Positions 13,394 to 26,464 of a DNA stretch of 64,000 nt are shown piece by piece. This stretch comes from Felis catus (lineage: Eukaryota). Numbering within the stretch: the stretch's first letter is position 1; the number at the start of each line of letters is the position of its first letter. The DNA is taken from assembly GCF_018350175.1 (NCBI RefSeq), contig NC_058368.1, forward strand, positions 66,218,001-66,282,000, read 5' to 3'. The notes beneath the pieces are model-generated. The model had not been told where the DNA came from. It searched no databases and worked only from the letters and a program-made list of their open reading frames with translations. The translations under genes were made by a program, and so were the position numbers.

Positions 13394-14215
13394 AAATTTG
13401 TTTACAAGAAAATGCCCATTTAATCATCAAATGATGTGTTTTATGTAGCACTTGTTTACTTCAGCATGCTACAGTATTTTACACAGAGGTTGCTAAAATC
13501 TATTGCTGAAATGTAGGCACTTCTGGGGAAAAAGAATGCTAACGGATCAATGCCCCCCACCACATACTAGTCAATCTGGGGGCAAATAACAGAATAATCT
13601 ATAAAGTATCAAAGGATTTTGAGCAGTTGGAACTTTACTCGCCATGTTGGCTTTTTGCCAACTAGAGTAAAGTCTCTAGTCTTACTAACAGCCCCATGGG
13701 ATCTGTAATAGCCCAGAGTGTGTGCCTCCTCATTTTTATATGTCATCGGAAAGATGGAAAGCCAAGAGCACATCTGGGGTCTGGGTTTAGCACTAGCTCT
13801 GGGGAAAGGGTACCACATAGTCAATCACTTCCCACATAAGCCAGATTTCCCCCCAAAGATTAGTCAAAGTGCCAGTAAAATATCGGCCGGTGTTTCGCAT
13901 CCTACGACGAGCTCACAGAAAGCAGGCTAAATGTTTGTGTTGTCAAGATGTGTCAGGGTGTTGTGCCTAAGTGTCCACGTGCACATGAAGAGCCTGCCTT
14001 CGCCATTACTGGGCCGCGGCCAACTGACCTCATGTGTCTGGACAACCAAGAGTGAGTGATGCCTGGTACACAGAGAACAACCTTGCATTCCAGTGCTGTC
14101 CACTGCTGGGCACCCAGTCTTCATGTCGGTGGTTGAAGTTGAAGTGTAAGCCCTATTTGGGGGTGCAGGTCCATAGTAGAGACATTCAAGAAAGTGAAGA
14201 TTCAGTATAGGACCC

Positions 14216-14736
14216 TGTATCAGTCACAGTTTCCCAGAAACAGAACCAATAGGATATACATAGGTACATATGATAGGAGATTGATTATAAGCATTGGCTC
14301 ACATCGTTATGGAGGCTGAGAAGTCTTATGATCTGTCTTCTATCAGCTGGAAGCCCAGAAAAGATGGTGGTATAATTCAATCCACGGCCAATGACCTAAG
14401 AACTTGGGGGAATGATGGTGTAACTCCCAGTCTGAGGCCAGACTCCAAAGGCCTGGGAACAAGGAGCTCTGGTGTTCAAGAGCAGGCGAAAATGGGCATC
14501 CCAGCTCCCGAAGAGAGAGAATTAGCCCCTTCCTCTGCTTTTTTGTTCTGTGTGGGCCCCCGTGGGTTGGATGATGCCCACCCATCTTGTAGAAGGTGAA
14601 TCTCTTTACTCAGTCTACTGAGCCAAATGCTAATCTTGCAGAGACACCCTCACAGACACACTCAGAAATAATATTTTACCAGCTAACTGGGCATCCCTCA
14701 GCCCAGTCAAGTTGACGCATAAAGTTAACCATTACA
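14216..14736 (-). mobile_element. MLT2B-like ERVL solo LTR
   Basis: TG..CA ends; cagaaacagaaccaatagga, ttggctcacatcgttatggaggctgagaagtc, cccagtcaagttgacgcataaagttaaccattaca. Confidence 0.9.
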
Positions 14737-15543
14737 GACAGCAAGTTGTGCCAAGAAACCTGTATTTACAAACACATGAAACTTTGGGGTATTGAGTGAG
14801 GTGACCCAGGGAACTAGTGGAATCCAAAAACAAAATCCTAATCTGGGGAATCAAGAAAGGTAGGCTAAGAGCTCTATGGGAAAACATTCTGAGAATTCTA
14901 TCCAACAGTGCGATTCCTTCATATATATGTATTTCTACGTAACTGTTTTATTCAACTCCAAAACCATCGTGGGTTCACTCTTTATTCTTTGCGGCAGTCA
15001 GCAAGGAAACCATAATTCGAAGGATTTGTTAGCGGCTCTGCTACTGTTTCCTAATAGTTTGTGTAGTTTCTAATGACCCGAATGCCACACAGGAGGCCTT
15101 TGTAATGGAGCTATGTCACCACAGGAGCTGTGCAAAGTGAGTGTTACTTAATCACAGGCACCGAAGATGAAAAATGTAGTATTTCTTAAGGAAGTTGGCG
15201 AGGTTGTAATTTTAAAATGCCACTAATGTAATGTGGAGCATGAGGAGGTTTCCATTTCTGGCCTCTCTTTTATCCCCCAGTTTGAATGCTTTTGGCGAAA
15301 ATAAAAATTTCTAACTGGCATTCTTGATAACAGAACTCCAAGGCAAAGTGAAACTTCCTGAGTGCATGGCACCTTGTCAAAACCAAACCTGGCGAACGTT
15401 TGGCATGCCGAGAAGGGGTCAGGGTATTGGTCGGCATATAGAAAAACCGCCCGTGTCCAAAAATCACCTGTTGCCTAGTGTGCTAGCCAAGTACTGTGGG
15501 GGGAAAAATCATTTAAAATGCTCATTCAAAATCAGTGAGATAA

Positions 15544-15783
15544 GGGGTGCCTGGGTGGCTCCGTCGGTTAAGCGGCCAACTTCAGCTCAGGTCATGATCT
15601 CACGGTCTGTGAGTTCGATCCCCGCGTCAGGCTCTGTGCTGACGGCTCAGAGCCTGGAGCCTGTTTCAGATTCTGTGTCTCCCTCTCTCTGACCCTCCCC
15701 TGTTCATGCTCTGTCTCTCTCTGTCTCAAAAATAAATAAAACGTTAAAAAAAATTTTTTAATAAATAAATAAATAAATAAATA
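15544..15783 (+). mobile_element. CAN-SINE (SINEC_Fc-like)
   Basis: Full length; perfect TSD aaaatcagtgagataa at 15528-15543 and 15784-15799. Confidence 0.97.
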
Positions 15784-16113
15784 AAAATCAGTGAGATAAA
15801 AATGTGGAAGTCAACGTAATCATTTTTGTCATCCCTTTAAATTCAGGTCCTTTATCTGTCCAGTGGTTTCAGTTGCTGACTCAAGCTCTTGTCCACAGTT
15901 GGGCAGAGTCTACCTGCTCTTTATAGTTAGGGTGATCTATTGACTAAATTCTAGATGTGGGCTTTCACGGATATTCTGCATTCTTATTTCATCAATTATG
16001 TTTTCTGCTGGGTTCTGAGTCAATAACAGGAATAGTTATAGCCATTGTGGACTTTATGATCTAGTGGGAAAAGCAGACATTGAAAATAATGTAACAAGTG
16101 TGAGTACTTTGAT

Positions 16114-16170
16114 ATATGGGAAGTACAAATATGGGAAAAGTACAAATATGGGAAGTACAAATATGGGAAA
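16114..16170. repeat. 15-17-bp tandem repeat, ~3.5 copies
   Basis: Unit (aa)aagtacaaatatggg, within an L2-like fragment. Confidence 0.85.
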
Positions 16171-16321
16171 ATAAACAGGAGCATAACAGAACAGGGTGCT
16201 AACCTGGTTTTAGGGTCAGGGAGTGTTATATATAATTGCATATATAGATACATAGGTTTTAAATATACATGTATATATATATATATATGTACATGTATAA
16301 TTGGTATGGATATATATATAT

Positions 16322-16518
16322 TAGAGTTGGCAGATTTAACAAATAAAAAATATAGGGTGCACAGTTAAACTTGAATTTCAGATAGACGAGTAACTTCTCA
16401 GTGTAGGTATGTACCATACAATAGCTGTGACATAATTACACTAAACAAGTAAGTATTTGGTATTTCTCTGAAATTCAGATTTAACAGAGTGCCCTCTATT
16501 TTTTTCCTGGAAACCCTA
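16322..16518. mobile_element. MER53 palindromic MITE
   Basis: tagagttggcagatttaacaaataaaaa..gttaaacttgaatttcagata...ctgaaattcagatttaac..ctggaaacccta. The ~195-bp self-complementary structure matches the MER53 consensus. Confidence 0.9.
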
Positions 16519-16519
<1 letters not shown>

Positions 16520-16550
<31 letters not shown>

Positions 16551-16566
16551 ATGTGTGTGTGTGTGT
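16520..16566. repeat. (TG)n microsatellite
   Basis: TG run with one CA interruption. Confidence 0.95.
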
Positions 16567-17173
16567 CTGTACTCTGCCACACACATATACCCAACCAAGA
16601 GCAACCTTAGGGAAAGGGAAATGAGAAGTAGAAAAGATCTAGAAACTAGTCCTATAGTTGTGGCCCCTAAAGCCTTATACTTCCAAGTTCTTCTTTCCCA
16701 CTGTTGCTCCATTTTGGACAGGGAGTGCTGAGTGCTGGTGTCCACATGTCCTGTTACGGGCACCTAATCTCCAGTCCCCAAAGGGATTATAACTCCAGTT
16801 CTCATCAGCTTCTTTTTCTCCTCCCCCCATAGCCCTCTCCTGCATAGACCTAACATAAGCATTCCCCCCTCAACTGACCCCAGAAAGAGACGGCTCTGGG
16901 CACAGAAATTGCCTTGAGAGTCCAAGGTCCTAATTTTGATTATAGTAATAATTCAGCTCAACCAGTATATGACAAGTATAGGAGGTACTGGCAGTTCTGA
17001 GACACATAGAAGCATGACTGGTAATTTCGATCCATAAAATTAATTCTGTTGAATCACATGTCATATCGAAACAAATGACTTCCCTTTCACAGGAGTCAGG
17101 CTATGCATGTATATCCATATTACTGTTCTTGCTAACTGGGATAGTTCCTTAAGCACCTAAAAGACAGGGCTGA

Positions 17174-17402
17174 GGGGCATCTGGGTGGTTCAGTCAGTCA
17201 AGCGTCCGACTCTTGATTTTGGCTCAGATCATGATCTCACAGTTCCTTGGGTTTGAGCCCCACCTCGGGCTCTGTGCTGACAGTGCAGAGCCTGCTTGGG
17301 ACTCTCTGTCTCCCTTTCTCTCTGCCCCTCCCCTGCTCACTCTCTATTTCTCTCTGTCTCAAACTAAATAAACATTTAAAAAATAAATAACTAGTTAATT
17401 AA
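17174..17402 (+). mobile_element. CAN-SINE
   Basis: ggggcatctgggtggttcagtcagtcaag head, CT tract and A-rich tail; followed by a MIR-like 3' end (gttatgaggattaagtgagataatgca). Confidence 0.93.
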
Positions 17403-18542
17403 AAATAAGGGTGATAAGGTAACCCATAGTCTGTTATGAGGATTAAGTGAGATAATGCAATAAAAAAGTAAAACTTCAATGCAATGCCTGAGAGAGATGG
17501 TAAGACCTATGAGAGACACAGGAGGGAAAACTCGGCTCCTACTGCACCCCCTCCAACGTGGTCCGAATCAGCCAACATCTCAGAAGTCATTCCAGATGTT
17601 TCTCACACATTCTGAGAAACAAGGCAAAGAATCCATTTCACTGCCTTCACATGAAGAACTATTTTCAGGGGTGATTAAGGCTCCGCTCTGAGAATGCAAG
17701 GGGAGCCCACAGCAGCCAGAATTAAATGAGCACTCGGCAGAAGCAAGGGTGGGCTTTCCTAGGGCAGGCTGCAAAGCCCAAATCACTTCATGCTCTGAGC
17801 GTGTGCCCCTTGCAGTGGGAGCATCTCAAGGCTGTGAAAACACATTTCTCTTTGATGCTGACATATTAAAATAGATAACCCTCAACATTCTTTGCAGTCA
17901 AAAGATAGATGGCCTTTGACACACTCTGTCCCCAGTGAAATAGATTTTGTCATCATCAGAGATAAAGAACTGGACCCTACTCCATACCACAATTAACTTG
18001 AATAACCTTTTGAGGTTTTGTTTTGTCTTTTTTTTTTTTTTAATGTAATTAGGACTTGAAGCACAGGAATATTTTTGTAAGAGTTTTTTTTTTTTTTTTA
18101 ACCAAGCAAAAACTTAATTTTTTTTTTTTTGGCTGCAGAAAACAGGCCATACAATTATGTTTTCAAAGCCAGCTGCATTTTGAAAACCACAAAGCCAAAT
18201 GCATGCTATATAAAGACGTTATATTGTACCTTTACTTCTTGTCAACTGTCATTAATCTGTAACTTCTGAAGAAGAAACCAAAAAATTTTAGGCACTTCTA
18301 CTGAAGTGTGTCCAAATGTAACAACAGGAAATTTCATTTTAAGATACCAGGTGGTGTTGGATGCTCAACATTGACCTTTACCTTTGAGGCTGTGTCCGGC
18401 CTGGTCCACTTCTCCAAGGACCGCAGTAAACCTGTCAAGTTGGATTGCTGTCGGAGTTGGAACTAACTGACGAGACGAGCTGAAGAATTTTACCCAAGTG
18501 ATTAGTGGTCTTTAGGCTGCTGATCAAAACCACTTGACATTT

Positions 18543-18749
18543 GGGGCTCCTGGGTGACTCAGTCAGGTCATGATCTCACAGTTTGTGGGTTCGAGGCCCA
18601 CGTCAGGCTCTGTGCTGACAGCTCAGAGCCTGGAGCCTGCTTCAGATTCTGTGTCTCGCTCCCTCTCTCTCTGTCCCTCCCCTGCTCATTCTCTGTCTCT
18701 GTCTCTTAAAAATAAATGCTAAGAGCAATTTTTTTAATTAAAAAAAAAA
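18543..18749 (+). mobile_element. CAN-SINE with a ~23-bp deletion in the head
   Basis: gtgactcagtc joined directly to aggtcatgatc; flanking cttgacatt at 18533-18541 and 18751-18759. Confidence 0.93.
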
Positions 18750-19389
18750 TCTTGACATTGTAAGAGTTGGCATAACCCTATCCGACATTTCCTTGATATG
18801 CCTTTATGTGGTTCATTTCGTATTTCTACTCATAGCTGCTATGCAGTATTGCATTTGAGTGAAAAGGAACTTTGATTTCATATTTGGAACTTTGACCTAA
18901 GTTACAGGAGAAGTAGGAAATATCAACTATTGACAAAGGAAACACTGATGTTGCATGTCCTATGCGGATTTGTTTGTGGATTAGTCAGATGTAAGGTGAT
19001 ATGTCTGATAAATGACAGAATTTCCACATCTCTAACGGGGTAAAAATAATTGTTGCTTTATGCTATTTTACAACCAGTGATATGGAAGTTCGGGGGTTTT
19101 AATGCTTTTATACCACTCCCTGTGCATCTCAAAAGTCTGATTTTACAGGGTGGAAGGAAATGGGAAATGCTGTCACTGAAGCTATAGGGAGGATGGAATG
19201 GATTGAAGGAATAGGGAGATTGGGAGCAAAATGCTGTCATGTCTGATACCCTCTGCAATGTAAGGAAAACCTCAGCATTGCTGGGATCTTCCATTCATCC
19301 TGACTTTGGTCAAAACCTTTCCCATATTTTGACTTACACTCCATCCCCCCTGAGTGTTATCAGGTTCTCAGATTGGATGAAGGGAACTT

Positions 19390-19738
19390 GGTAACTGTAT
19401 CACAGAATATCACAGACTTAAACCACGGAAATTTATTTTCTTGAACCTCTCGAGGCTGGAAGTCCAAGATCAAGGTACTGGTAGAGTAGAGTCTGTTTCT
19501 AATGAGAGCTCCCTCTCTGGCTTGCAGACGGTACCTGTTCACTGTCTCCTCACTTGGCCTTTCCTCTGTGCACTCCTCTTCTTATAGAGCCACCAGCCCT
19601 GTGGATAAGGGCCCCACCCTTATAACCTTATTTAACTTAAATTACCTCTTGACAAGTTTTATTTGCAAATACAGTCATATTGGGGGTTGGGGCTTCAACA
19701 TATGAATGGCGGGTGGGGACATAATCCATCTCATGACT
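19390..19738 (-). mobile_element. MLT1A-like MaLR solo LTR
   Basis: gaggctggaagtccaagatcaagg, ctggcttgcagacgg, agggccccaccctta, gggcttcaacatatgaat. Confidence 0.85.
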
Positions 19739-20395
19739 AAGAATAAAACATAGTATCTGTGCTTCGGCAAATTGCTTCTGTGTTTCTAGTCTATAAATGT
19801 TGTTTGGTCGCCCGTGATAAATATACATTTAGCATCAAAACAGTGAGTGGAATATTTACCCAAAAAATGTAAAATTTTAGCAATATGCCCTCGAGAGCAA
19901 ATATTTGTAGCTGATGTTGAACATTGTAAATGTTGACTTGTTTTCAGAATGTTACTTTTCATGCAGATGTCTTTGAAGGGGAAAAAAACTGTTTTGAGTT
20001 TAATTGTACCCTATAAAACACTAATCATTGTTTTACGCTGTGAGATCTGGCACTGATCAAATTCTATTTACAATATAATAGTGAACATTTGTAGCTCTTT
20101 CAGTATTTTTCTGTTACCAGAATTATAAAGTCTAAAAACTTAGATTCACAATCTGTAAAATGACAAACACTGGTTGTATAAAATACAAAGGTGTAGATTG
20201 GGGCTCATGTGAAAGTCCTATTTCAGGCGATGAGTTGAGAAGCAAGTAAAAGCCTAACTCAGGCTCCCCGAGATTCAGATACACTTTCTCTAAAGAAGTA
20301 ATAGACTAGATGATCTTCTGGGGGTCCTTCTGAGATTAACATTCTCCAATTCTGGAAAATAAAGTAGGAAGATGAGTTAATAAAATTAGAGAACA

Positions 20396-20521
20396 GGGGC
20401 ACCTGGTTGGCTCAGTTGGTTAAGCATCTGACTCCTAGTTTGGGCTCAGGTTATGATCTCACGGTTCATGAGTTCAAGCCCCACATCAGGCTCTGCACTG
20501 GTGGCGAAGAGCCCTCTTGGG

Positions 20522-20567
<46 letters not shown>

Positions 20568-20649
20568 CCTCTCTGCCCCTCCCCCACTCACATGCATGAG
20601 TGCTCTAAATAAATAAATAAACAAACAAACAAATAAAAAAACTTAAAAG
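20396..20649 (+). mobile_element. CAN-SINE with expanded (CT)n
   Basis: TSD aattagagaacag at 20384-20396 and 20650-20662. Confidence 0.95.
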
Positions 20650-21714
20650 AATTAGAGAACAGATATTTCTTGGGAAAAAAGTAACTGAAATAAGTTAAAA
20701 TTCAAGTGATATTAGTGGGATCTTTGGATTACATGATTATGGACAAGCCTCCTGCCTGAAATACTACAGGCTAGATTTTGGAAAGTGTTTTGTAGGAAAT
20801 CAAATCTCAGGCTGTCTTCACTTGGTGGCCGCATCCAGTCTTTTCCCATCTCTAATTGCAATGCATCTGTAATTGAAAGATGTCTTCAGGGAAGTGTACT
20901 GTTGACCAGCCTTCTGCCTGAACAGTATCACCCTAACACGCATTTCATAAGAGATTTCACTGCTCTGACAAGTTACACATCTTCAGTGTAAGACTGTGGT
21001 GATACTCTGACTGTTTGTTCAACCCCCTGCTGGAGCTGGGATTCACACACTGAAGCTGTATTTCTTGAGTGTATTCAGAATAAATCTTTGTTTTCCTTCC
21101 ATCCTATGGCACAGCTGTCTTAAAACTCACCAACACCAGCATATGAAGGACTTCTCCAGATAACAACCCAAAGGAAATTTCTTTCATGAATCAGACAAAG
21201 CCATGGATCCCACCCCACTGAGGAGAGTTTGGGACGGTGACATGCCCAGCTGGCATTATAATCTCATTTGCCACATGCTTGTTGAGCAGCCTCTGTGCCG
21301 GAAGCCACATTAGGCATCTGGGGAGGCCTGCCATGGTGTCAGATTCATGCACTATCCCTGAGGGGCTTCACCAGGCCTACTCTCTCGACTAAAATCTGCC
21401 TTATTCCCCCTTCACAACAGGGAAAAAGGCAGGGAAAGTCAAACATGCAACAAGTGTATTGTTGAAGCATCTACTCCAGAAGTTAATATGCTAAATTGAT
21501 TGGGACTCAGCTCCTCTGGATCAGGGTTAAAATGTCGTAAGTCCTCATTTTTCGATTGATGCGTGGTAGGATTACACAGCGGAATGAAAAGAAGCGGATT
21601 GGAATTCATATCCTGCCACTTCACTTTCACCTTCACTTTCACCTCCCACACAATTAACAACTCACTCCACAAAGGGACTCTGAGATTTCCTGTAGTTAAG
21701 ATGGTGTGAATCCA

Positions 21715-21865
21715 GCTGGGTGACTTGGCCATGGTTTCCTTATCTATAAAATTGGGTAAAAATAGTCTTTCCTTCAAAGGGCTGTTGGAGGGTTAAGTGG
21801 GTAGATGATATACACAAACTCTGGACACGCTTGGCACCTGACAAGCCCTTAGTAAATGCTACTTT
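21715..21865 (+). mobile_element. MIR fragment
   Basis: gctgggtgacttggcc..gtttccttatctataaaattggg..agggctgttggagggttaagtg..tggcacctgacaagcccttagtaaatgcta. Confidence 0.75.
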
Positions 21866-24864
21866 TCACCGGTTGCACCTCTCCTGGTAGATGTTCAATG
21901 AATTAGCCCTTCCTCTTTCTTTGTTCTTTAAATTGCCCTCCTGGAGCACACATAAAACTGGAAGACAGGGTTTCTGCTGTGTTAAGAATGTCCTACAAGT
22001 TTCCAGAGTCTTCCTCCAAATACACTTCAGGAAATGCTCTTTAGGAACTCCAAAGTCAAGGAGAGCTCAAGAATTGGAAAAGAATTTCTAAAATAATATT
22101 TTAACTGCACAAGCTCACAAGGCTGGGTGGCCTCACATGCTAATTTTTAAGTTGAGGGAATTGAAATGAATTGTCTCTGGAATCCCTTCTAGGTGCAATA
22201 ACACAGGAGTCCATCAACTGACTACAAATGTGTGCCTAAGGCCATTAACTCGGCTGGTGAAAGTATAGCACTGGGACCAAAGTTAGGATATGATATAAGC
22301 TCTAACCCCAGACAAGTGACTTGTATTTGTAAATTGTGAGTCCCACGTGGAGCAGGTGAGGATATGTAACAATTAATTATTTTCAAATTCGTCAGTGACT
22401 CAGAGCCCATGCCCCAACGAGCCTGTGGCTTCGTTCTCAATATATGCTGGACAGTAAAGCTGCATATTATAGAGCAGACTGTGCTGGGAGGAGACACTTG
22501 GAATGATGGCCTATGTTCTTTATCTTCAGCTGAACTAGAGGCAGTCTATTTTTAGTGGTGTCTCCATTCAAGTCAAAATCTGATGGTACAGAATTGAAAG
22601 GTTAAGAGACATGGCAGGAGCACAAAGCGACTTTACGTGAGGGCTGGAAGAAATAAACTCAATGGGTAGATTGAGTTGACAGATGTGTTAATATCTAAAA
22701 GAATTCTTGTTTGTGTAGGTTTGGGGGATGATTTGTATTGACTAGAGTTGAAGAATAACTGAGTTAAAAGGGCTTCTGAGGTATTCTTTGTGCCAATGAC
22801 GAATGCCAAAATCATTTCTGCAGCCACACTCAGTCTGAACTGCAAGGCACAAGGATATTGGAGGAAAGTGGAACAAAGCATGAGGGGACCAGGTCCAGTA
22901 AAGCCTGTGCCTCAGCGATGGCAGGAGAGAAGCGGTGCTGGAAATTTCCGTGGGTGACATGAGAAGTAGCAGCACTTGACAATTGACTGATTCTATTACA
23001 GGACCTAACAAAGTGATTAACATCAAATAAATTAAGGTGCTCCCTGCAAAACTGCAACATTATCAAGGACTGTCAGAGAGGTTGCATAAAGTTAGCATAC
23101 AAAAATGGTGCCCCTCCTGGCTCACTTCCTCAGGCAGGGTATTCTGGCTCTGAATTCAGCTATCAGGTGTGGTTTGATCTCTAGGCTTCTCACAGGGACC
23201 AAGATATCAAAGAGTCAGGGGGTCTGACAGTGATGCATTATGTGATAGGATGCTGAGGCTGATTATGATGCAGCGACAGAAATGAATCACCCCCTGAATA
23301 TGCTGACACTGGCGCTGTGGGAGGAGACGAGGTCTGGCTCAGCGATGTCAATATAGGAAAAACCAGGAGTCAACCCCCGCCTGAAACTGTTTGTGCCTGA
23401 GCCTGGCTTGCTTAACGCTGGAAGTAACTTCATAGTCCAGGCCGCTGAAGTTATCCAGAAAATGAAACCCCACAAAACACATCTTAGCACCTTTGGCAAA
23501 GACAATTCATTGCCTTTCCTTTCTCGGTGTTCTGCTCCTCTTAGGTACAAACTATGATAAAGGTACCAGATATATTTCCTGATCACCTACTTAACTGCAT
23601 CAACCAACCAATAAAATCATCACGAAGATGTCAATGTGACAGACAGTAAATAGAACAAAAACTTGATAAAACAATGAAACAGATCATTGTTTCTCTGCTC
23701 TTCTAATGCATGGATTGCCATGTAGCTCTAGTTTCCTTCACATGAATTAATGTCCTCCATTAGATTAGACTGTAAATTCCTTCAGAAGAGGGGCCATCCT
23801 ACGTTACTTTTTTTTTTTTTTTTGTAAATTTGCAAGAGTTTCTAGCACACAATCCTTGACGTATTTTGGCATATAAAGAGCTAAAGGAAATAATATTGAT
23901 GTATTTATTTCTAAAATAAAAAGATACAAGCTCTCTTAGATACAAGAAAAAGCATAGGGTGTTTAGCCAAAGAAATGCTGAAGACAGGAAAAACATTTCA
24001 TTAAAAGGGAGGCCGGTTGACGGGATGGAAGTGTCTGTTCTGGAAGGCCCCTCAGAAGGATGGATGGTGTTTAGAAGGTGAGATTAGCGAAGCCCGTAAG
24101 TAGATGAGAGGAGGAGGCCAATGAAGGGGAAGGGGAAAGCTCCAAATGAAGGCCTCTGAGAACATGGGTCCTTTCTCTAGTGCGACAGGAAATCAAACTA
24201 GAACTCCATGATAGGTAGAAAACAATCCTATATTCAGCACCTCATCACCGATAGTGTTAGAGAAAAATCACCAGATTCCTTAATCAGACAGCCTCAGGTC
24301 ATTCTTTGTGAGCCCTTGTAATTACAAATGGCCCCAATGCAGTAGTAGATTAAATGGACTTGTACATTTATAAATATAGGCTTCATTAGGAAGGCCTACA
24401 TTTATAGTACTAGAATTCTTTTTTGTTTGTTTTTTTTAGCAGATCCAGATTTCACTAGATCCTATTTAGTCTGGAAAATAAAAGAAAACAACAATGAAAA
24501 TTCAGAAGGGAACCATGTACACACAATTATTGTGAACAGAATCACTGAAAGAATGCATTTATATTGTTTCTGGAAAGCAATGAGAAGCTTCATACAATTA
24601 CATTATCTCAAATTATGACTTCCTGTTGTTTTCCAGAGTTTGTAAAAAATAAATGATGTGTCATATTTAATCTCCTTTGTCCTTAGATTCACCATAATAA
24701 ATATTAAGGTAGTGCATTTATTACAGTGCTTTTCACTTGAAAGACAATACCCATTAATTTTAAACCTTGTGTTGACGTTCCCTCCAACACAGTATTCGAA
24801 TATTGCTGTTTCAACTCTAAATTATTTTTACACAGGCTAGATCAGGGCTGGGGATGTTAACACC

Positions 24865-25070
24865 ACAATTGCTTTCATCTCAGAACTCATGTTTTTCCTT
24901 ACTTCTGGAAAATTCGCAAATATTCTTCTCTGCTATCTTCTCCATTTTTTTCTTCTGGGAATCCCATCAAATGCATGCTGGATCCCCTCCACCCTACTCC
25001 ATATCTCAGTCACTCTTTTACATTTCATATCACTTCATCTCTATGACTTTTTTCATATAGTTTTTCTGAT
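24865..25070 (-). mobile_element. Old L1/HAL1 ORF1-like fragment
   Basis: Pyrimidine-rich ttctggaaaattc..tattctt..cttctgggaatccca..gcatgctgga pattern typical of reverse L1M/HAL1. Confidence 0.4.
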
Positions 25071-26029
25071 GCTGCTCTGTTTAAAACCAGAGATGGGTAC
25101 ATTAAAGTATGAATTCACTGCTCCATTTTCACCAACGTTCTCCGCAAAATTACTGTGTCTGTTACCTGCATCATGCAATGAAGCGTATGACTTGGAAGGT
25201 ATATCCAATAAGTTTACATGTACTAAGTAAGTGTACTTACTAAGTGTAAATGTGAGTACTTGCTAAGTTCATACTTTTACTACACTTTTTTTTTTCCTTT
25301 TCTGGGAAAGGATGGGTTTAAGTAACCCCAATGTAAAAGAAGACAAAGAAACAAAAAACTGAAACTTAGGCAAATCCTTCTATATACAAAATTCCAGCTT
25401 TCTGCAATTCATAAACACTTTAAGCTGATAAACAAAAAGGGTAGCTATTCAGTTTAAACCAAAAACAAATGTGGATAAAAACGTACCTCATCCTCCAGAG
25501 AATCAGGACAGCCACTAAGAATTATGTGGATTCCACACAATGTGAAATAAATATATCCTCTAAATTTTAGAGCTTTAAGGTGTGACTGCTTTAGTATGCC
25601 AAATAAAGCCTACAAAAGCCCAGCAACAAAATGCATAAATCAATAAGCCATTTCTCACTATACCACATACTGAAATAATCTGTTTTGAAGTGGAAGTATA
25701 TCACAGGTCATAGAAGTGAGGGATTTTTTTTTCAATCACTGTTCTAATTAGTTCAGGTTTACCTCCTTTTAGGGCTCTGTGCAATATCACTAACACATAT
25801 AATAGCCACAGATACACTACATCCCATAGAATTGAATTTATAAAAGCTTTGGGTGTGAAATTTATTTTCCTAATGAATATGAAATTCAGATATTTTATTC
25901 AAAGGTGTTAGTTACCTTCACTGGCTGAACCACGTGAGCAAGTGAAGAGAGAAAGGTCTTTATAAATTCTGTCACTAGAATAAGTTATATTCCAGTTTTC
26001 TGTCCTTTCCTTTAAGAGTACAAACTCTA

Positions 26030-26256
26030 GGGGCGCCTGGGTGGCGCAGTCGGTTAAGCGTCCGACTTCAGCCAGGTCACGATCTCGCGGTCCGTGAGTT
26101 CGAGCCCCGCGTCAGGCTCTGGGCTGATGGCTCAGAGCCTGGAGCCTGTTTCCGATTCTGTGTCTCCCTCTCTCTCTGCCCCTCCCCCGTTCATGCTGTG
26201 TCTCTCTCTGTCCCAAAAATAAAATAAACGTTGAAAAAAAAATTAAAAAAAAAAAA
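26030..26256 (+). mobile_element. Young CAN-SINE (SINEC_Fc-like, CpG-rich)
   Basis: Many intact CpGs and long A tail; TSD aaga(g/a)tacaaactcta at 26014-26029 and 26257-26272. Confidence 0.97.
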
Positions 26257-26464
26257 AAGAATACAAACTCTATTCACTCTTGTAGAGCCCAATCTGCATT
26301 GTACAGCACTGTATTCTCAAGTCCCACGTTCAATAAGTACTTCTCTAATGAGCATTTATCTCTTAGCAAATACTTTTCTCAATTTATGAGGCAAAACATG
26401 ACTTAATAAAGTGGGAATCCAAAATATTTGTAAATCAAAAATTCCACAGTAAGATCTTGACGTA

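Noticed and set aside
15324..15692. 122-aa ORF and similar ORFs reading GAWVAQSVK..SAQVMIS
   Set aside because: These are translations of CAN-SINE sequence, not genes.
25210..25275. Patchwork of gtact/tactaagt words
   Set aside because: Low-complexity degenerate duplication without clear units or an identifiable template.
26030..26110. tRNA-like A/B-box sequence
   Set aside because: It is the tRNA-derived head of a CAN-SINE, not a tRNA gene.
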